Shown here: positions 38,151 to 51,711 of the stretch, piece by piece
How positions within the stretch are numbered: the first letter of the stretch is position 1
Layout: each line of letters opens with the position of its first letter
Origin: Anolis carolinensis
Taxonomy: Eukaryota
Direction: 5' to 3'
Assembly (NCBI RefSeq): GCF_035594765.1
Contig: NC_085844.1
Coordinates: forward strand, 242,746,107 to 242,810,106
Length of the DNA stretch: 64,000 nt
Program-made: the position numbers and the translations under genes
The notes under the pieces: generated by a model
What the model was told of the DNA's origin: nothing
The model's database searches: none
What the model saw: the letters and a program-made list of their open reading frames with translations, nothing else

Positions 38151-40189
38151 GAAGTCGTACCATGCATCAGCTTACATGGAAGTCCTACCATGCATCAGCT
38201 TACATGGAAGTCCTACCATGCATCAGCTTACATGGAAGTCCTACCATGCATCAGCTTACATGGAAGTCCTACCATGCATCAGTTTACATGGAAGTCCTAC
38301 CATGCATCAGCTTACATGGAAGTCCTACCATGCATCAGTTTAAAAGGAAGTCCTACCATGCATCAGCTTACATGAAAGTCCTACCATGCATCAGCTTACT
38401 TGGAAGTCCTACCATGCATCAGCTTACTTGGAAGTCCTACCATGCATCAGCTTACTTGGAAGTCCTACCATGCATCAGCTTACATGGAAGTCCTACCATG
38501 CAACAGCTTACATGGAAGTCCTACCATGCAACAGCTTACATGGAAGTCCTACCATGCGTCAGCTTACATGGAAGTCCTACCATGCATCAGCTTACTTGGA
38601 AGTCCTACCATGCATCAGCTTACATGGAAGTCCTACCATGCAACAGCTTACTTGGAAGTCCTACCATGCATCAGCTTACTTGGAAGTCCTACCATGCATC
38701 AGCTTACATGGAAGTCCTACCATGCAACAGCTTACATGGAAGTCCTACCATGCAACAGCTTACATGGAAGTCCTACCATGCGTCAGCTTACATGGAAGTC
38801 CTACCATGCATCAGCTTACTTGGAAGTCCTACCATGCATCAGCTTACATGGAAGTACTACCATGCATCAGCTTACATGGAAGTCCTACCATGCATCAACT
38901 TACATGGAAGTCCTACCATGCATCAGCTTACATGGAAGTCCTACCATGCAACAGCTTACATGGAAGTCCTACCATGCATCAGCTTACATGGAAGTCCTAC
39001 CATGCATCAGCTTACATGGAAGTCCTACCATGCATCAGCTTACATGGAAGTCCTACCATGCAACAGCTTACATGGAAGTCCTACCATGCATCAGCTTACA
39101 TGGAAGTCCTACCATGCATCAGCTTACATGGAAGTCCTACCATGCATCAGCTTACATGGAAGTCCTACCATGAATCAGCTTACTTGGAAGTCCTACCATG
39201 CATCAGCTTACTTGGAAGTCCTACCATGCATCAGCTTACTTGGAAGTAGTACCATGCATCAGCTTACTTGGAAGTCCTACCATGCATCAGCTTACATGGA
39301 AGTCCTACCATGCAACAGCTTACATGGAAGTCCTACCATGCAACAGCTTACATGGAAGTCCTACCATGCATCAGCTTACATGGAAGTCCTACCATGCATC
39401 AGCTTACTTGGAAGTCCTACCATGCATCAGCTTACATGGAAGTACTACCATGCATCAGCTTACATGGAAGTCCTACCATGCATCAGCTTACATGGAAGTC
39501 CTACCATGCATCAGCTTACATGGAAGTCCTACCATGCATCAGCTTACATGGAAGTCCTACCATGCAACAGCTTACATGGAAGTCCTACCATGCAACAGCT
39601 TACATGGAAGTCCTACCATGCATCAGCTTACATGGAAGTCCTACCATGCATCAGCTTACATGGAAGTCCTACCATGCATCAGCTTACATGGAAGTCCTAC
39701 CATGCAACAGCTTACATGGAAGTCCTACCATGCATCAGCTTACATGGAAGTCCTACCATGCATCAGCTTACATTGAAGTCCTACCATGCATCAGCTTACA
39801 TGGAAGTCCTACCATGAATCAGCTTACTTGGAAGTCCTACCATGCATCAGCTTACATGGAAGTCCTACCATGAATCAGCTTACTTGGAAGTCCTACCATG
39901 CATCAGCTTACATGGAAGTCCTACCATGCATCAGCTTACATGGAAGTCCTACCATGCATCAGCTTACATGGAAGTCCTACCATGCAACAGCTTACATGGA
40001 AGTCCTACCATGCATCAGCTTACATGGAAGTCCTACCATGCATCAGCTTACATGGAAGTCCTACCATGCATCAGCTTACATGGAAGTCCTACCATGCATC
40101 AGCTTACATGGAAGTCCTACCATGAATCAGCTTACATGGAAGTCCTACCATGCATCAGCTTACATGGAAGTCCTACCATGCATCAACAT
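38151..40189. repeat. 28-bp minisatellite, about 72 copies, unit CATGCATCAGCTTACATGGAAGTCCTAC
   Basis: Direct inspection: exact 28-bp period from 38161 to 40176 with only point variants. Confidence 0.99.
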
Positions 40190-40349
40190 GGAATGGTAGG
40201 TCTTCCTGCCTTCCTGCCATGGCTGCTTTTCTTCCTGCTTAGCAGGCCAGGCCTTAGTGGATGTGACTTCCAGAGATAGCTGCAACAGTGGATTCCACCA
40301 GGCCAAGAACATGACAGTACCCAAAGGAGACTGCCTGGTCACCATGCAG

Positions 40350-40565
40350 CTTGGGTCCAGGTTATTTGAAGGACTGTACCTTTTTTTATGACCCTCTTAG
40401 TACACTAAGATCATCTGAAGAGGGTCTTCTTTCTGTCCCACCAGTCGTTCAAACATGTTTGGTGGCACTAAGGGAGAGGGCCTTTTTGGTGGCTGCTTTC
40501 AGACTCTGGAACTCCCTCCCTGGGGAGACCAGAATGGTACCATTCCTGCCTGATTTCTGCAAGCA
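40350..40565 (+). mobile_element. L2 LINE 3' ORF fragment
   Basis: Relic LGPGYLKD...LRSSEEGLLSVP...RERAFLVAAFRLWNSLP, typical of the L2 ORF2 C-terminus. Confidence 0.75.
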
Positions 40566-43500
40566 AGTCTTGCAGAAAGGGAAAGCAATTCCCTTTCTCT
40601 GTCATCAGGGAATGGCGAGACACACTAAAGGATCAGTACAGCGTGCTGTAGTTCAGAAGACTTGATTTATTATTTGATTTATTGAGTATTTGATTTGGTT
40701 TATTGAATATCCAGCTTGACATTTTTTTAAAAAAAAGATCCCAAGAGAGCTAATTTCAAATTTTTTCACATTTGGCAATTCTGTAAAATGTGCCTTTCCA
40801 AGAATCCACCCCCAGCATTCAACACTAAAATTGAAAAAGTCTGAATCCTGAACCTTGAGGCAAATATGCAGCTGATTAATTCTAATCCAATGAGGATAGT
40901 CTATCACATATTGACTGCTTTGGCAAAATCTCCGGGTGTCAGATACTGATGTTGGCTATCAAAGAACTGTCAAGCATTTCTAGACATGCAATAGCCTGAG
41001 AGTGTCAAAATGTTTGTTAGAAAGAATTTGTGAAAAGGACTTCTCATGTGCCTAGAATAGAAGAATAATAACACATGATGGCCTAAATCCTATTGATAGT
41101 GTCAGCTACACTAAACAGTTGGAGTCAGTGGGGTTTGCCTATGCGTTGACTTTACCATTCACCTATTGATTCTATGGGTTTATTCTAGTTAGGATTCACC
41201 AATAGGATTCAGGCTAGTAATTCAGTGGCTTGACATATAGATCTTTTGTGGGGGAAATATAGCCCTGGGGATACAGCCAAGGACCCTCCATATCTTCAGG
41301 AATGTCAGACTGGCCTTTTTCTGGCCACAAAAAACGAGTGCACTAACCTCATCTAAGTGCAAAAAGTTGACTTTGTATAGGTCACAAGGGATGCATCTAC
41401 ACGGTAGAATTAATGCAATTCAAGGATGTTTAAACTTCCATGGTTCAATATTATTGAATCATGGGAATTGTAGTTTTACAAGATTTTTAGGTTTTTCTGC
41501 CAAAGAGAATTGGAGCCTTACCAAATTACAAATCCCACCTATCCATAACATTGTGCCATGGCACTAAAAGTGGTATCAAACTTAATTCAATCTAGAGTGT
41601 ATGTGCAGTCAAGGCAAACATAATCTTGATTCAGGTCATTCCATTTTCTCCCCTTGTCTCTCTCTCCTTCTTCTAGTTGCTCCTTCAGTTTACTTCAGTT
41701 GCTGCCAGTTGAATTCAATATAGCAAAGTAGTTTACACTCAACTCAATAGAGAAGAGGAGGAGATGGAATCTTGTCAGTCCCAGTTGGCTCAGGCAAAAA
41801 GCAAATGCTGCAGCCTCTCCTTGCTTGCTTTTTTTCATTCATAACTCTTGCCATCTTGACCACACTCTGTTGTTGCTTGGTTTTCACTTCTGAAATGTTG
41901 GAAGGTGTGGAACCAATGTGCTATAGGGATCTTAGAATGAGAATACAATTCTGGAAATTAGGGTTTGATTTGCCACACAGCCATGGAGACTCACTGGATG
42001 ACCTTGGTGAGTTACCCACTTTCAACCCCAGAATATCCCATGTAGGATCACCTTAGAGTCACCATAGGCTGCATATGACTTGAAGGCATTCAGCAATAAA
42101 TGTATTTAATATAAAAATATCATTTTAAATACCTGAAGTGGATGTCTGCCTACTTTATTTTTCAGTACTCTCTGCAGTCTGTGGAGGGTTCCAAAATGGC
42201 TTGTGAAACTACTGTGGTTGCCCACCCCTGATATATAAGGACCCAGGCTCATTCATGAGCATCTCCAGCTATAGCATCAGGCAATGGCAAGTGTGAAAGG
42301 TCTCTTTATGATTGGCTGCAGAGCTGGTGGCAACAAGAGATAATACTATGCTAGATAGACAAATGCTATCTGCGATGTAAGGCAGCTTTCTGTTGTCCAT
42401 ATAATAACCTACTCCTCCATTTTTGGTGCAGTATTCAAAGCTAAAAGAGAAGGCAAGGCGGTGGAAGTGGATGCTTTCTGAAAAGCTGACAGAAGCTCCA
42501 GTGGCAATGAATGCTGCGTGTAGCCTTTCCAGCCATTTCCTCCCCAGTTATCTGTACGGCTGGCAGCACAGACATGCCAGGCCCTGTGCCAGAAATATTT
42601 TTTCTCCCAAGCTGTTCCAGCTTCCAACTCCTGCTTAGTGTTTTTTTCCTCTTTTCTTGCTTGCCAGCTGGCTCGTCTATCCCCAGCAGCTTTCGGCAGC
42701 TGGGGAGGAGGTTTCATCGGTATGTGGAGGTCAGGGAGGCTTGTTGGCAGGTGGTGGAGCATCTGGATTGGGTCCTGCGCACTCAATTTGACAGAGATGC
42801 CCACCAAAGACAAGGCATGGCTCCCTTTTGTCTCCATGCTATTGTCCTGGGTGCATTGCTGAGCTACAGAGGTGGCCTGCTGTCAAAGTGGGACTGGCTT
42901 CACCAAGAAACCCACAGTCAGTGCATCCCAATTGTTTATCCAGTCTGGAAAGTTTGAGAAAAAGCCACTCTCCTTTTTTTTTTTTTTTTTACAGCTTCTA
43001 GAGTTCACCAGTCAGAATGGCACAATCACATAGGATAAAGGAGAGCTTATTGGTGTTGCTCAGTTTTAGTTGTCTTCTTTCTGGAAAGCCCTTCCTAGCA
43101 GGAGTGGTCATAGTGTGAACCCATGGCTGCCCCATTTCATTTTCCCCAAAGCCATTCGACATCCATTTCAAAATGGCATACTTTTGATCGATTTTTGGTC
43201 TAAAACAATGCAGAAGGTTCTGAAATGATGAAAAGCACATGGAAATATTCCATCTGGAGCTGTCTAAAGTGTGTTTACTAGGTGAAGAAAACAACCTCTT
43301 GCACAGAAAATAGTGTGTCTTACACAGAGTATACTATATGCTGTGCAAAAAAATCTAATCAAAGTAAATGATTTTTAATAAACAAGTCCCAAATTGCAAA
43401 TACAATATCAAGCTTAAACAGAAGTTATTATTACGGAAGAGAACACAAGCTAGAGGAGAGTGCAGCAATTTGCTTTTGCTTGTGTCTCGTGGAAAAGGCA

Positions 43501-46500
43501 AGATTTATCCCTCTTCTCTCTGCTGGGTTATTAGGGTGCAAGCTACCCTGTATACGCATGTAAAAGCCTAGAAATTGTAGTCAATTTATCAGTCCCCCAA
43601 ACCTGAGTCAAGTTGTTCACTGGTCGTTGTAAATACAGGACCTCAGCTCTTATCAAAAAAGGAACCTTCCCTTTCTCTGAGTGACAAAAGGTGGAGAGCT
43701 TAGTTCGTCCTGGAAGAACCTAAAATAAGTACTAACTCTGTTCAATAGTGGAATAGGCTGTAATAATGGGTGGGTGACCCTCCAAGATAGCAATGATGTT
43801 TTCCCCTCTCCATGAAATGCCCCTTGACTTATCCATGGGTCATATCAAAATCTATATTTTTGACCCCAAAACCTGAACTTATGCATGAGGTCAACTTATG
43901 TATGAGTATATAGTAGTTGTTCTCCCTAAATCCGGCTTGCATTGCATGTACAAATAAAATAAGCCGAGGAATAAGAGAGAAAGTGGGAAGAAGTGGAGAG
44001 AAACTGGGACATTTGAAAAGCAGTTGAAAACTGGGATGGAAGAGGATTAATATAGTCTGTCCCTTCCATATCAGGACAGTTGGTAGGTGCTTAGGAGTTA
44101 CACCATACAGGTAGTGTAGTAAAAGGTGCATAGCTTTGTTTGGTTTAGCTTCTTTGATCACAATAGCCTCTTTCCCAGAGAAAGTTCAGTGTTTTGAAAC
44201 AGATCCTTCAACTCCTGTCTGCTGGAGCTGGAGTTCGATAGAACTGCTGCCTTATCCCCTTGTTCTTCCTTAAGTATTCCCCTTGGGCTCCTTTCAACAA
44301 GACTTCAGTAACATGGGTGAATGCTTAACACTTCTTAATTTCCTGGGTTTTTCCCCCAGTTGCATTTCCCTCTCTTTTTTTTTGTCAGCATGGAGCCTAA
44401 GTGTGAAATAGCACTTTCAATGTTTATCCAAGTTTCATTTGGAGATTTTGCTAGAGAGAGGGGAGAGGAGGGTGAAAGAAAGGCAGGGAGGAAGGGAGCG
44501 AAATACACAACACCGAGGTGTTAACTTTGCAAAGTGAAAATAAAATGACCTTTAGCATAGAAAGTGTTACTTTCTCCTACATTACACATGAAGTATGAAA
44601 CTCTTCCTGCTTAGGCTTCATGTACATAGTGAATCCTTCGAGGTGGGAGATATAAATATGGCATTTCTGAATATGTTTTTTAAGGGACAAGTCACAAAGG
44701 AAAAGGCATTTTTGTAAAATGGCAGGCTGGTTCATACAGTTGTCCCAAAATGTCAACAAAAAAAGACCACCTAGGGCACAGAAATATAGACATTTGGCAG
44801 ATGCCTGATTACTTATGTACCTGAGAGCCATTATGGATCCTGCCTAGATTTCATGCTGAAAGAAAAATGCGAGATAAACAATATAAATAAAATAATGGCA
44901 TCATCGTGTTAGAAGAGACTGCAAGGGCCACTTTGTCCAACCCTCTGCCACAGAGGTATAGGTGTCTTAAGCACTTGAGAAATGACCATCTTATAATAAT
45001 AATAATAAACCTTTATTTATATACTGCTCCATCTCCTCGAGAGGACTCAGGGTGGTTTCCAGCATGTACAAAACAGTCAGTTGTCAAAACAACATACAAC
45101 AGCATGAACGAACGAACAAACATAATAAAAACAATATCATAAACAGCAGTAAAAAACAGTTCAATCAAAAATGAACACAGTTACAGTACCTGTCAACATG
45201 AAGGAGTCCAATACAGTAATCAGGCTGCAAGGTCGACATAATCAATGAAAAGATAGGTAAAGACTTGTACTTCAGAATATCATAGGACCCAGGAGTGGAT
45301 AGTGTGTAGACCAAGGTCAACATGTTGAACAGCCAACTAATCTTGCTCAAAGACTTCCCGGAACCATTTTCCTAATATTTAGGTGGAATCTCCTGTAATT
45401 TGAATCCATTGGTTTTTTCCAGTCTCTAGAGCAGGAAAAAGCAAACTTGCCCTGGTATTAAATATGGCTATTTCACTTCTATCTTCTCTTCTCCAGGTAT
45501 AATATATTCAGCTCTGCAAGCTGGTCCATCACTGGCCATACAGCCTCTGTATTTGTTGTTGTTGTGTGCTTTCAAGACATTTCCAAGTTAAGGAGACACT
45601 AAAGTAAACCTATTATGGGGGTTTTTCTAAGGCTGAGAATGTGTGACTTGCTTCCAGTGGGTTTTAAAGACCAAGCAGGGATTCAACAGAGTTGTAGCTC
45701 TGTTGAAAGACCTGCAAACGAGAGTTCATCACCCTCTGAGGCACTGTATTTCACTGTCAAACTCCTCTTACATCAGGAAATTATTTCCAAAGTTTATATG
45801 TATGTAATCTCTTTTTTTCCTTGCATCAATTCATTCATTAAGTTCAGTTATTGTTGTAGTACAGCATCATACCAGTGAATTGCGTCATTGCTTAACCATA
45901 TGAATGAAACCCATATGCACCTATGTAAGCATAATTTGCAGTGATGTATACCTCACAACAATGTGCACCCACAATGTTAAAACAAATACAACCATTCTTC
46001 ATTGGACAAAAATATCCAATCCAATCATAGTGGAACATACACATGAGTAAAACATTCTGGCCATGAAATATTAACTTTCAGGCCAGGTGTGTAATGACGT
46101 GCAGGATGTGAGGCTGGATGGCTCTTGTCTGCTTTGGTTTCTACAGCTATCTGGCTTTCTACTGTACTTGTTCATGCCATCTGGTTTCTACATCAGTTTC
46201 CCAAATTTTGCTTACATCTATCAGAAGTGCAAGTCACAGGGCACAATGCAGCTTGTGTTGGGGAAAAAAAACTGTTTGTGTGGAAGAGGAAGCAAATAGA
46301 GACATCCCTTGGGCTTCCTAGCTGGTTCTTATAGTTCTGATCTATTCTGATCACCCTTCCAGACATTTTAGGGTTACTCAAGTCACTTCCTCTTTCATAC
46401 TTGAAAGTCTTCTCCTTGGAAGGAGGCCATCTTTCCTTTCTTGTGTAGACAATGGGGGGAAAGCATGGCTCCCTGTATCTCCACCTTAGTCAGATAAGTA

Positions 46501-46536
46501 GCACTCCAATTTCCCTTGAAGTTCCACAGATACTTA

Positions 46537-46909
46537 CCCTATATACTCGAGTATAAGCCAACCTGAATATAAGCCAAGTCACCTAATTTTATAACAAAAA
46601 AACTGGGAAAACTTATTGACTCGAGTATAAGATGAGGGTGGGAAATGCAGCAGCTACTGGTAAATTTCAAAAATAAAACAAAAAACAATAAAATCACATT
46701 AATTAAGCATCAGAAGGATAAATGTTTTTGAATATTTACATAAAACTGTAATTTAAGATAAGACTGTCCAACTCTGATTACCTTATATACTTGAGTATAA
46801 GCTGACCCAGATATCAGCCAACCTGGACCCTCACTCGAGTATAAATCGAGGGGGCTTTTTCAGCCCTAAAAAAGGGCTAAAAACTCAGCTTATATCCAAG
46901 TATATACGG
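46537..46909. mobile_element. Tc1/mariner non-autonomous element
   Basis: TIRs CCCTATATACTCGAGTATAAGC / GCTTATATCCAAGTATATACGG, TA TSD, and internal CTCGAGTATAA repeats. Confidence 0.85.
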
Positions 46910-48198
46910 TAACCTACTTTATTATTTAATAAAATTACATTGTGGTTACATATAATTGGCCTGAAGACATTTCGGTTACTTTTCTCCAGACTGATTTTGA
47001 TTCCCCTGTTTATTCCCTAAACAAAACTATTTATTGGCCTACCTTCCATCATCTCTACCCATCAACCTAGCTTATCTTAGACTTTTGAAAACTTCAAGGC
47101 AGATCAAATTATTGAAACATGCAATGAAACACCTGTATTATAGAGACCACCAGGCTTTCTCTCACAGTAACAAGTCAAAAGAAGCCATACTCTAAAAGAA
47201 GCCACCTTGGCCTTTGTGTGTTCTTCTGTTCCTCACATGAGTAATTAAAGGACCAACCACAGCTCTAAGGCCCTATTCATTTTGTGGTTCACAACATCTT
47301 TCACTCTTGCTATTTCAATTCCCAGGGATGGCATATTAGATCAAGCCATTAAGCAACTTCCAAGGGTTCTCCTGAGACCATCCATCAATAATAATGAATG
47401 CCTATTTCCTACAGGATCCTTAGTGAAGAAGATCAGTGCATTGTGCATGTCTCTGTCTCTGAGTATATCTGTCCCAGTGAAGCAAGCCTGTTGCCTTTTC
47501 AGTATTTGACAGCCAAATGCCTTTAGAAATGGCCTCATTCTATCTCTCCTATCTGTGTCAATCCAATTATTTGTCCTGCATTTAACATGGGCCATACAGA
47601 GAGAGAGAGATGAAGTCATTTGCTCTAATTTCAAGAACACTTGAGGGAAAGAGGCACCAGGTTTAAAGGTTATTTTGCTAGCTTGTACAAATGCTGGGCA
47701 GACAAACATACAGTGAAGTGGCCACCTTAGGCAGAAGATGCTGAGAGGTGGCTGCAAGGTGTCAGGGGAGGGGGCATCAAGAAATGTGTTGTCAAGAATG
47801 AGAACATTTCTGAATATTCATTCCATCATTACATCAATGCAAGAAGGACTCTCAAATAAAGAACGTTCTGGCAAAAAGAAACAGTGGCACCATCAGCCAT
47901 GCTGATTGGGAATATTGGAGCTGCATTCCAACACACCTTCAAGACACTTGTTTGGGGCAAGCTGTTCTGAACTAATGCTGATTAAACCCTCTGTTATCAC
48001 ATCTGTATTTATAATGTCTCTGTTTCTTCTCCCCCATTTCTCTCTTTGTTGTCAGCTTGCTTCAGTAGCTGCCAAATTAATTCAAAGCTCAAAAGTAGTT
48101 TGCACTCAATTTAGCAGGGGAGAGAGGAGAATAATTCTGGAATGATCAACTACCCAACAGGTTTAGCAAAAGCAAACTGCTGCATCCTCATCTCAATT

Positions 48199-48530
48199 AA
48201 AAGTAAAGGTAAAGGTTTCCCCTGACGTTAAGTCCAGTCGTGTCTGACTCTGGGGGTTGGTGCTCATCTCCATTTCTAAGCCGAAGAGCCGGCGTTGTCC
48301 TTAGACACCTCCAAGGTCATGTGGTCGGCATGACTGCATGGAATGCTGTTACCTTCCCGCCGGAATGGTACCTATTGATCTACTTACATTTGCATGTTTT
48401 CGAACTGCTAGGTTGGCAGAAGCTGGGGCTAACAGCGAGCGTTCACTCTGCTCCCCGGATTTGAACCTGGGACCTTTCAGTCTGCAAATTCAGCAGCTCA
48501 GTGCTTTAACACACTGAGCCACCAGAGGCT
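48199..48530 (-). mobile_element. Sauria SINE, full length
   Basis: Reverse complement of the 5637 and 10677 copies. Confidence 0.93.
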
Positions 48531-49468
48531 AAATTAGTTACTCATTAATAACTTTTACCATATTAACTAAACTGATTTTCCTTGGATAGATATGTCCCAG
48601 TTTGCATCTGTGAAATGCTGGTGTATAACTTATGCAGGGTAGAAAGGATGAGTTTACTGAGTAGTGGACATGAGCAGGATACTTAACAGTGGTGCAGTGA
48701 TATCTAGGTTTTTAGGGTCAAAACACCAGGACTCTTTCCTTAGCCAGGGATGAAATGATAATTTGGATGACACCTCTCATGCTTTCCTGTCAGTTGTAGA
48801 TTTCTTACTTGCAATACTCACAACAGTGAGTAGAGAAATTGATTTCTGCATCAATCATATACATTTGCAAGCCATCCTTCTTATGCATGTTATGTGGCTT
48901 TGTCCTTGAACACTCAACCCATTTTTCCCCAAAAAAGGTGGAGGCCACTGTCCAACCATCAGTACTGAAGAAAGTTTTAGTAATCCAGTCCAGGTATCTT
49001 TTATACATGGAATGGATGAAGCTGCCATTTTGCTCTTTATATCAAGCAACTGTGTTATGCACCAGCATAGTGAATATGTGCTTCATGTAGCAGACATCCA
49101 AGTGAGACTGCTACTCCATGGTTCTGGATTTTGCCTTTGGATGCTGCTACTTACTAATCAGGTTTGAGGATCACAGATTCAGTAGTGTTCCAAAACTATG
49201 GTGGAGTTCATATGGACTCAATGGCAATGAAGTAAATGCACCATGATCCAAAAAAATGTGTCTAGGCAGGTACATACTGGTGCTGAAGGAGGCTTCAACA
49301 GATACCATGGACATACTGGTTCTTCTATATAAGTCTTGTAGTTGTGCTGAGGACTGTTGAATGGCAGAAGTACTTGCAGGAGCTGATTTTTGCTCCACAT
49401 ATTTTAAACTGATCAATTAGTATGAATGAAGCTATCACTTCCATCTTCATCTTTATTTTCTTTGCTGT

Positions 49469-49692
49469 ACAGTCAGCTCTCCATATCCATGGATTCTGCA
49501 TTCACAGATTCCACCATTCGTAGCTTGAAAATAGTTTTTTTAAATCCCCAAATGCACACCTTGATTTTTCTATTATATATAAAAGCTGCCATTTTACTAC
49601 AACATTGTAAATAATGGGACATGTCCATCCATGGATTTTGGTATCTATGGGGAGCCCTGGAACCAAACCCTGAAGATACCAAGGGCCTATTG
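49469..49692. mobile_element. Tc1/mariner-like MITE; related copies at about 983-1105, 5085-5288 and 21173-21362
   Basis: TA-CAGTCAGCTCTCCATATCC...GATACCAAGGGCCTATTG-TA ends, and a shared body between copies. Confidence 0.7.
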
Positions 49693-50181
49693 TATTCTTT
49701 TTTTTTTAAGGTGGTGACTTAATGCAGAGCACCTGCATTATATGCAAAACATCCCAATAATTTGTCTCTCCAAGTAAGGCTAGAGAAAGAAAGGTCTGCC
49801 TGAGCACCTGCATAGTTGCTGCCTGCCAGTATCAATGCTAAAATGGACGGATGGTTTGCCTTGGAACAAGGCAGCTTCTTCCATTCCTCTGTGCTTTAAA
49901 AAAAAGAAAATAAAAACCCACTTTCTGGGACATTATTCTGTAAGATGATTATCACAGGCAGTGGAGCTCTGATAATCTCCTGGGGCCTGCTGTGTCCCGC
50001 AGTATTCAGAAGCCCCTTTTGTGCTCTGTTGCTTTAATTCTCCATGCTATCTCTTGATGTGTGTTTGGTTATCTGCCTTGACTCTCTCTTTTGCTGGAAT
50101 GCTTCTCTGTGTTAAAGTGCTTTTATGCAGCTTCTGAAGGCACTGCAGTAGTGTCATTGTTAACATGATAAACTCACAGGC

Positions 50182-50190
<9 letters not shown>

Positions 50191-50230
<40 letters not shown>
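50191..50230. repeat. (AC)n microsatellite
   Basis: Direct inspection. Confidence 0.97.
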
Positions 50231-50233
<3 letters not shown>

Positions 50234-50768
50234 TCCTCCAACAATATCAGAGTCTTACTTAGAGCAGTGAAAAGCCAAATCCACCAATCCAAATTCAAAG
50301 GAGCAAAATTGTCATGGACCTTTATATTTGAAAAACTCACAACAGCACATCAGATACTACACCGATGTCCTTGGAGCTGGACAGGATAAGAAGAAACTAG
50401 GGGAGGGAAATAATGGGGAGAAGCACAGCCAATTCCTAAACCAGGAATCAAAAGAAGAGCTTTTAATTTTGTTTTGTAAAAAAAAAAAAAAAAAAGCAGA
50501 AAAGATATGCATTCTTCAGAGATTTCAAAATTTTCTGAATGTTTCAAAAGAACAGCAGTTAATAGGTTACATGAAGCCCACAATGCATCCACAAAACCCT
50601 GTGGGCTTTGAACACTATTGAAGAAAAAGACTGTGCTTTCAGATAGGAAGACCGGTAAGATATAATGTAATGGGCGATGAAGAGAGAGAGAGAGAGAGGG
50701 AATGAGAATGTAGACAGGATATGATGTGTGATGAAAATATATGTAAGGTCTCATTCCCGCTCTGCCTG

Positions 50769-50770
<2 letters not shown>

Positions 50771-50825
<55 letters not shown>
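50771..50825. repeat. (CT)n microsatellite
   Basis: Direct inspection. Confidence 0.97.
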
Positions 50826-50827
<2 letters not shown>

Positions 50828-51457
50828 TTACATGTCTGCCTGCCTTACTAAAGCCAGAATCATTCATGTCACAGTATTTACAATTTCTATGCCTGGTTGT
50901 AAAAGCTGGACAGTAAAGAGAGTGGATCCGAAGAAAATAATCTCATGTGAAATGTGGTGCTGAAGGAGACTTCAACAGATACCATGGACAGCTCAAAAGA
51001 CAAACAAATGGCTCCTAGAGAAAATGCAACATGAGTTGTCCCTAGAAATCAAAAGAACCAAACTGAATTGTATTTTGGACACATCAAGAGGCAATGTGAT
51101 TCAATGGAAAGGATTACAATGGGTGGCAAAACAGAAAACAATAGGAAACTCAGTATGGGTGGGGTGTTATTTGAACAAGTAAGCTGCAGCCCTAAATTTG
51201 CAAGATCCAAATTGGACTGTTCAAAACCAAAGCTCTTGAAGCTCTCTCATTCATAAAGGTGCTATAGGTCAAAATCAACATTATGGCAGATCACAACAAT
51301 TACATCCTAGCAATGACCAGATGTTAGACATCATGTGCTTTTCAACATAGAAACAAGTCAGCAATGGCCTTGGTCCCATTCTTCGTGTGGAAAATGACAT
51401 GTCTGAAAAATAGAGATTCCTTAACTGTGGAGAATCAGTGCTCTTGCTCACATGGAA

Positions 51458-51668
51458 CTCGGGCTGTGGCACAGGCTGGAGAGCAGCTGCAATGAATCAC
51501 TGCAATGAATCACTCTGACCAGGAGGTCATGAGTTCGAGGCCCGCTCGGAGCCTATGTTTGTCTTGTCTTTGTTCTATGTTAAAAGTTTGCCTGAATGTT
51601 TGCCTATATGTGTAATGTGATCCGCCCTGAGTCCCCTTCGGGGTGAGAAGGGCGGAATATAAATGCTG

Positions 51669-51711
<43 letters not shown>
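51458..51711 (+). mobile_element. tRNA-headed SINE with L2-like tail, short form, young
   Basis: Long pure (TAAA)n tail and TSD ATGGAA (51452-51457, 51712-51717). Confidence 0.85.

Noticed and set aside
38151-40189. CRISPR array
   Set aside because: The repeats are directly adjacent with no unique spacers, the context is eukaryotic, and there are no cas genes.
38112-40279. Long ORFs (up to 551 aa) of repeated MHQLTWKSYHASAYMEVLPCISLHGSPT
   Set aside because: A 28-bp unit with no plus-strand stop triplet gives the same 28-aa repeat in all three frames. Variant units introduce stops in every frame, and there is no evidence of a gene.
42409-42957. Overlapping 142-aa and 148-aa ORFs as complete genes
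   Set aside because: No recognisable domain, and they run through a polypyrimidine tract. Only the internal 52-nt candidate exon is retained.
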